Virus record (IMG/VR): IMGVR_UViG_3300045988_174698
Source: a virus
DNA length: 64,000 nucleotides
Direction: 5' to 3' (one strand)
Under the pieces are notes generated by a model. That model was given only the letters and a program-made list of their open reading frames with translations. It did no database searches and was not told the origin of the DNA. This document shows, one piece after another, positions 62,439 to 64,000 of this stretch (positions are counted from its first letter, which is position 1; each line of letters opens with the position of its first letter). The translations under genes and the position numbers were made by a program.

Positions 62439-63101
62439 TTAGAAAGGCAGATCACTGTCGTCATTGTTCATACTATCTTCTTGAGGAGAAAAGTCTTCAC
62501 GCAGATCATCAAGTTCATTATTACGTTGGCGCATATCAGTAGGCTTTGCATTTGCTGCACTGTCAATAGCTGTTTTTTCTTTTGCGGTTAATACAAGATC
62601 ATGACCAATTATTTTTGTAGTCATATAAATTGCGTTATCCTTACTGAGACGTGCTACAAACCCAGGAAAACCTACAAAGTTCCCAGTAGTTGGCACAAGC
62701 TTAATTTGTGTCTGAGTTCCAACTTTCTTATCAAGATATTTCTTAAGAAGAGCAATGAAGGAGTCAAAATCTGGAGCAGCAAACTTATCTCCATCTGCTT
62801 CAATCTTATGTGCAAGTTCAGGATCAAGAGCATCAATTACTTGCTTGATTTTACACATAAACTGCTCAGATTCAGATGGATTTGTACCATATTGACTTTG
62901 GGTTCTTTCTTCTGAGCGGGGTTCGAAAATTCGTTCATTGTGAATACCACTACCATCTACTGCCTCAAAACGAAGTTCAATTGCATTAAATCCATCCGCT
63001 TTATCAATTCCTTTAAAGATTACATTGTGAATTCCAGCACGAAGGAAATTATTAGATACTACCTTAGCGTCCTTGACGCCACCCATATTAAACATACTCA
63101 T
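62439..63101 (-). CDS. putative single-stranded DNA-binding protein (acidic C-terminal tail ...DDSDLPF)
   Basis: The C-terminal D-rich tail ending DLPF resembles the SSB C-terminal peptide (DDDIPF). Confidence 0.5.
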   Translation of the reverse strand: MSMFNMGGVKDAKVVSNNFLRAGIHNVIFKGIDKADGFNAIELRFEAVDGSGIHNERIFEPRSEERTQSQYGTNPSESEQFMCKIKQVIDALDPELAHKIEADGDKFAAPDFDSFIALLKKYLDKKVGTQTQIKLVPTTGNFVGFPGFVARLSKDNAIYMTTKIIGHDLVLTAKEKTAIDSAANAKPTDMRQRNNELDDLREDFSPQEDSMNNDDSDLPF

Positions 63102-63108
63102 ATTATTA

Positions 63109-63564
63109 TTAAATTAAAGTTAATTCATTATTTTCAGTAATTAAACTAAGATCAGCGGGGATGAGGTCTGCCTCGTTAATTGGATCCATTCTAAACATCC
63201 CAGGTTTATACTCCTTAATTTTAAACAACTGACCATATTTAGTTAAGATTGTTTTCTGTGTTCCCTTAAAAGACACAGTATTGTTCTTGCTTACTTTATT
63301 ACCAGCATTTGGATCAGCAAAAGCTTCCGCTTTACCAATTACAGGAATTGTAATTTCATTATTTTTTTGAATATAATTCACAGCAATTCTATCTCCATAT
63401 TTGACTGACATAAGTTCTATTGCTTTAGGGGAGATAATTAGTCTACTATCTTCAACTTCAACAACTGGTAAGTTTATGTTATCATACTTAGGAGGTACAT
63501 CTACTACCTTAACGTTAGTAACAGCCCGTGATTCTATATCAAAATCAAAAGATATTTTTAACAT
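63109..63564 (-). CDS. hypothetical protein (151 aa)
   Basis: Track ORF. Confidence 0.4.
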   Translation of the reverse strand: MLKISFDFDIESRAVTNVKVVDVPPKYDNINLPVVEVEDSRLIISPKAIELMSVKYGDRIAVNYIQKNNEITIPVIGKAEAFADPNAGNKVSKNNTVSFKGTQKTILTKYGQLFKIKEYKPGMFRMDPINEADLIPADLSLITENNELTLI

Positions 63565-63571
63565 AAAATTT

Positions 63572-64000
63572 CTATTTTACAAGAGATGGGTAAATACGTT
63601 CCCAATGTGGTACAAATGTTCCATCTTCTTTACGTTCAGCAATAATAATATCTTTACCAGCTAAATGTTTGCATCGAGACCCAGTTAAGATTTCACCATT
63701 GTTTCCAAAATTAACACATAAATTACCATCTAGATCTCTATGACAGAACCCAATACCATCTGACTTAGCGGAAAGAATTCGTTTTGTTTTTCCAACAAGA
63801 TCAAGATCTTTTACACTACCTTCAAGTCCCTCGTTCAATGATATACCTTTTACATGGCCACATAAGATGATATTTGGAGCACATTTTGATACCATATCAA
63901 TAATCTTTTCTAAGGCTAAGCGCGTCCACATATATCCCTGACCAGAAGGGAGATGAGTTACATCCGTAACATCGGCGTATTTATCACTATACACAGGAGA
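63572..64000 (-). CDS. calcineurin-like metallophosphoesterase (SbcD/Mre11-like nuclease?), C-terminal part; N-terminus lies beyond the window
   Basis: IILCGHVKG fits the GHxH motif of metallophosphoesterases. The frame is still open at 64000. Confidence 0.55.
   Translation of the reverse strand, partial: SPVYSDKYADVTDVTHLPSGQGYMWTRLALEKIIDMVSKCAPNIILCGHVKGISLNEGLEGSVKDLDLVGKTKRILSAKSDGIGFCHRDLDGNLCVNFGNNGEILTGSRCKHLAGKDIIIAERKEDGTFVPHWERIYPSLVK

Noticed and set aside
55198-63664. Plus-strand track ORFs (55198..55506, 55955..56212, 56845..57186, 57897..58541, 60268..60477, 62309..62915, 62940..63140, 63401..63664), and also 43003..43203 and 51768..51956
   Set aside because: All are embedded antisense in minus-strand genes with clear homology (helicase, dUTPase, RNR, nuclease, SSB and others). 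Their compositions are artefactual.
1-64000. TGA recoded to Gly (table 25, Gracilibacteria/Absconditabacteria phages) instead of Trp
   Set aside because: At the two positions alignable to I-SceI-type LAGLIDADG motifs the TGA corresponds to Trp (LAYWFMDDG). No contrary evidence was seen.
1-64000. CRISPR arrays, tRNA or rRNA genes
   Set aside because: No regularly spaced direct repeats were found, and no sequences with tRNA T-arm (GGTTCGAAT-like) or acceptor architecture in intergenic regions. The only long non-coding stretches are the introns and the 8582-8878 spacer.
1-64000. Bacterial (Mollicutes) chromosomal segment rather than a phage
   Set aside because: The gene content is phage-typical: giant virion ORFs, phage-type dNMP kinase, Dda helicase, Hjc, and multiple homing introns in replication genes. 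There are no housekeeping operons. A Mollicutes phage rather than a recoded Bacteroidota phage remains possible.

Overview
This 64-kb window is AT-rich and looks like part of a large tailed-phage genome. It cannot be translated with the standard code. All long genes carry many in-frame TGA codons, and at two LAGLIDADG motifs the TGA sits where I-SceI has Trp (LAYWFMDDG, LAIWIMDDG). I therefore read TGA as Trp (translation table 4); TAA and TAG terminate.

The window has two convergent arms that meet at a bidirectional hairpin terminator near 38.2 kb.

(1) The + arm (1..38161) is a late/virion block. It holds five consecutive giant ORFs of about 1445, 625, 2560, 2830 and 1467 aa (9235..38161) with embedded enzymatic motifs. 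Upstream are a >1580-aa structural protein, a Gly-rich internal-protein-like gene, a GNAT-motif protein and a DUF192-like protein.

(2) The - arm (38229..64000) is a replication and nucleotide-metabolism block. It encodes a full-length IF3 (infC) homolog, a Zn-ribbon protein, dNMP kinase, a MoxR-like AAA+ ATPase with a DUF2201-metallopeptidase/VWA partner, ThyX, a compact family-B DNA polymerase, a Pnk-like P-loop kinase, a Dda-like SF1 helicase, dUTPase, a class II-like ribonucleotide reductase, a PD-(D/E)xK nuclease, an Hjc-like resolvase, a DnaG/TOPRIM primase, an SSB with a DLPF tail and a calcineurin-like phosphoesterase.

Five intervening sequences split conserved motifs of four genes. 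PolB motif A is split as DIDVA|SLYPSIII. The RNR active-site loop is split as NPCG|EQPL. The MoxR Walker A is split as LPGIG|KTSL. The fourth-largest virion gene is split twice. Four of them carry Tetrahymena-like group I P7 elements (GTTCA(A/C)(C/A)GACTA ... AAGATATAG(T/A)C); the RNR insertion does not, and its class is open. Three also encode double-motif LAGLIDADG homing endonucleases.

Shine-Dalgarno motifs are absent, and many stop/start junctions overlap (TAATG). The late-strand giant-protein block opposite an early replication strand, the missing SD sequences and the recoding are most consistent with a crAss-like (Crassvirales-type) phage of a Bacteroidota-like host that recodes TGA. 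A phage of a natively code-4 host is not excluded. No tRNA, rRNA or CRISPR array was seen. All coordinates I derived by hand may be off by 1-3 nt.
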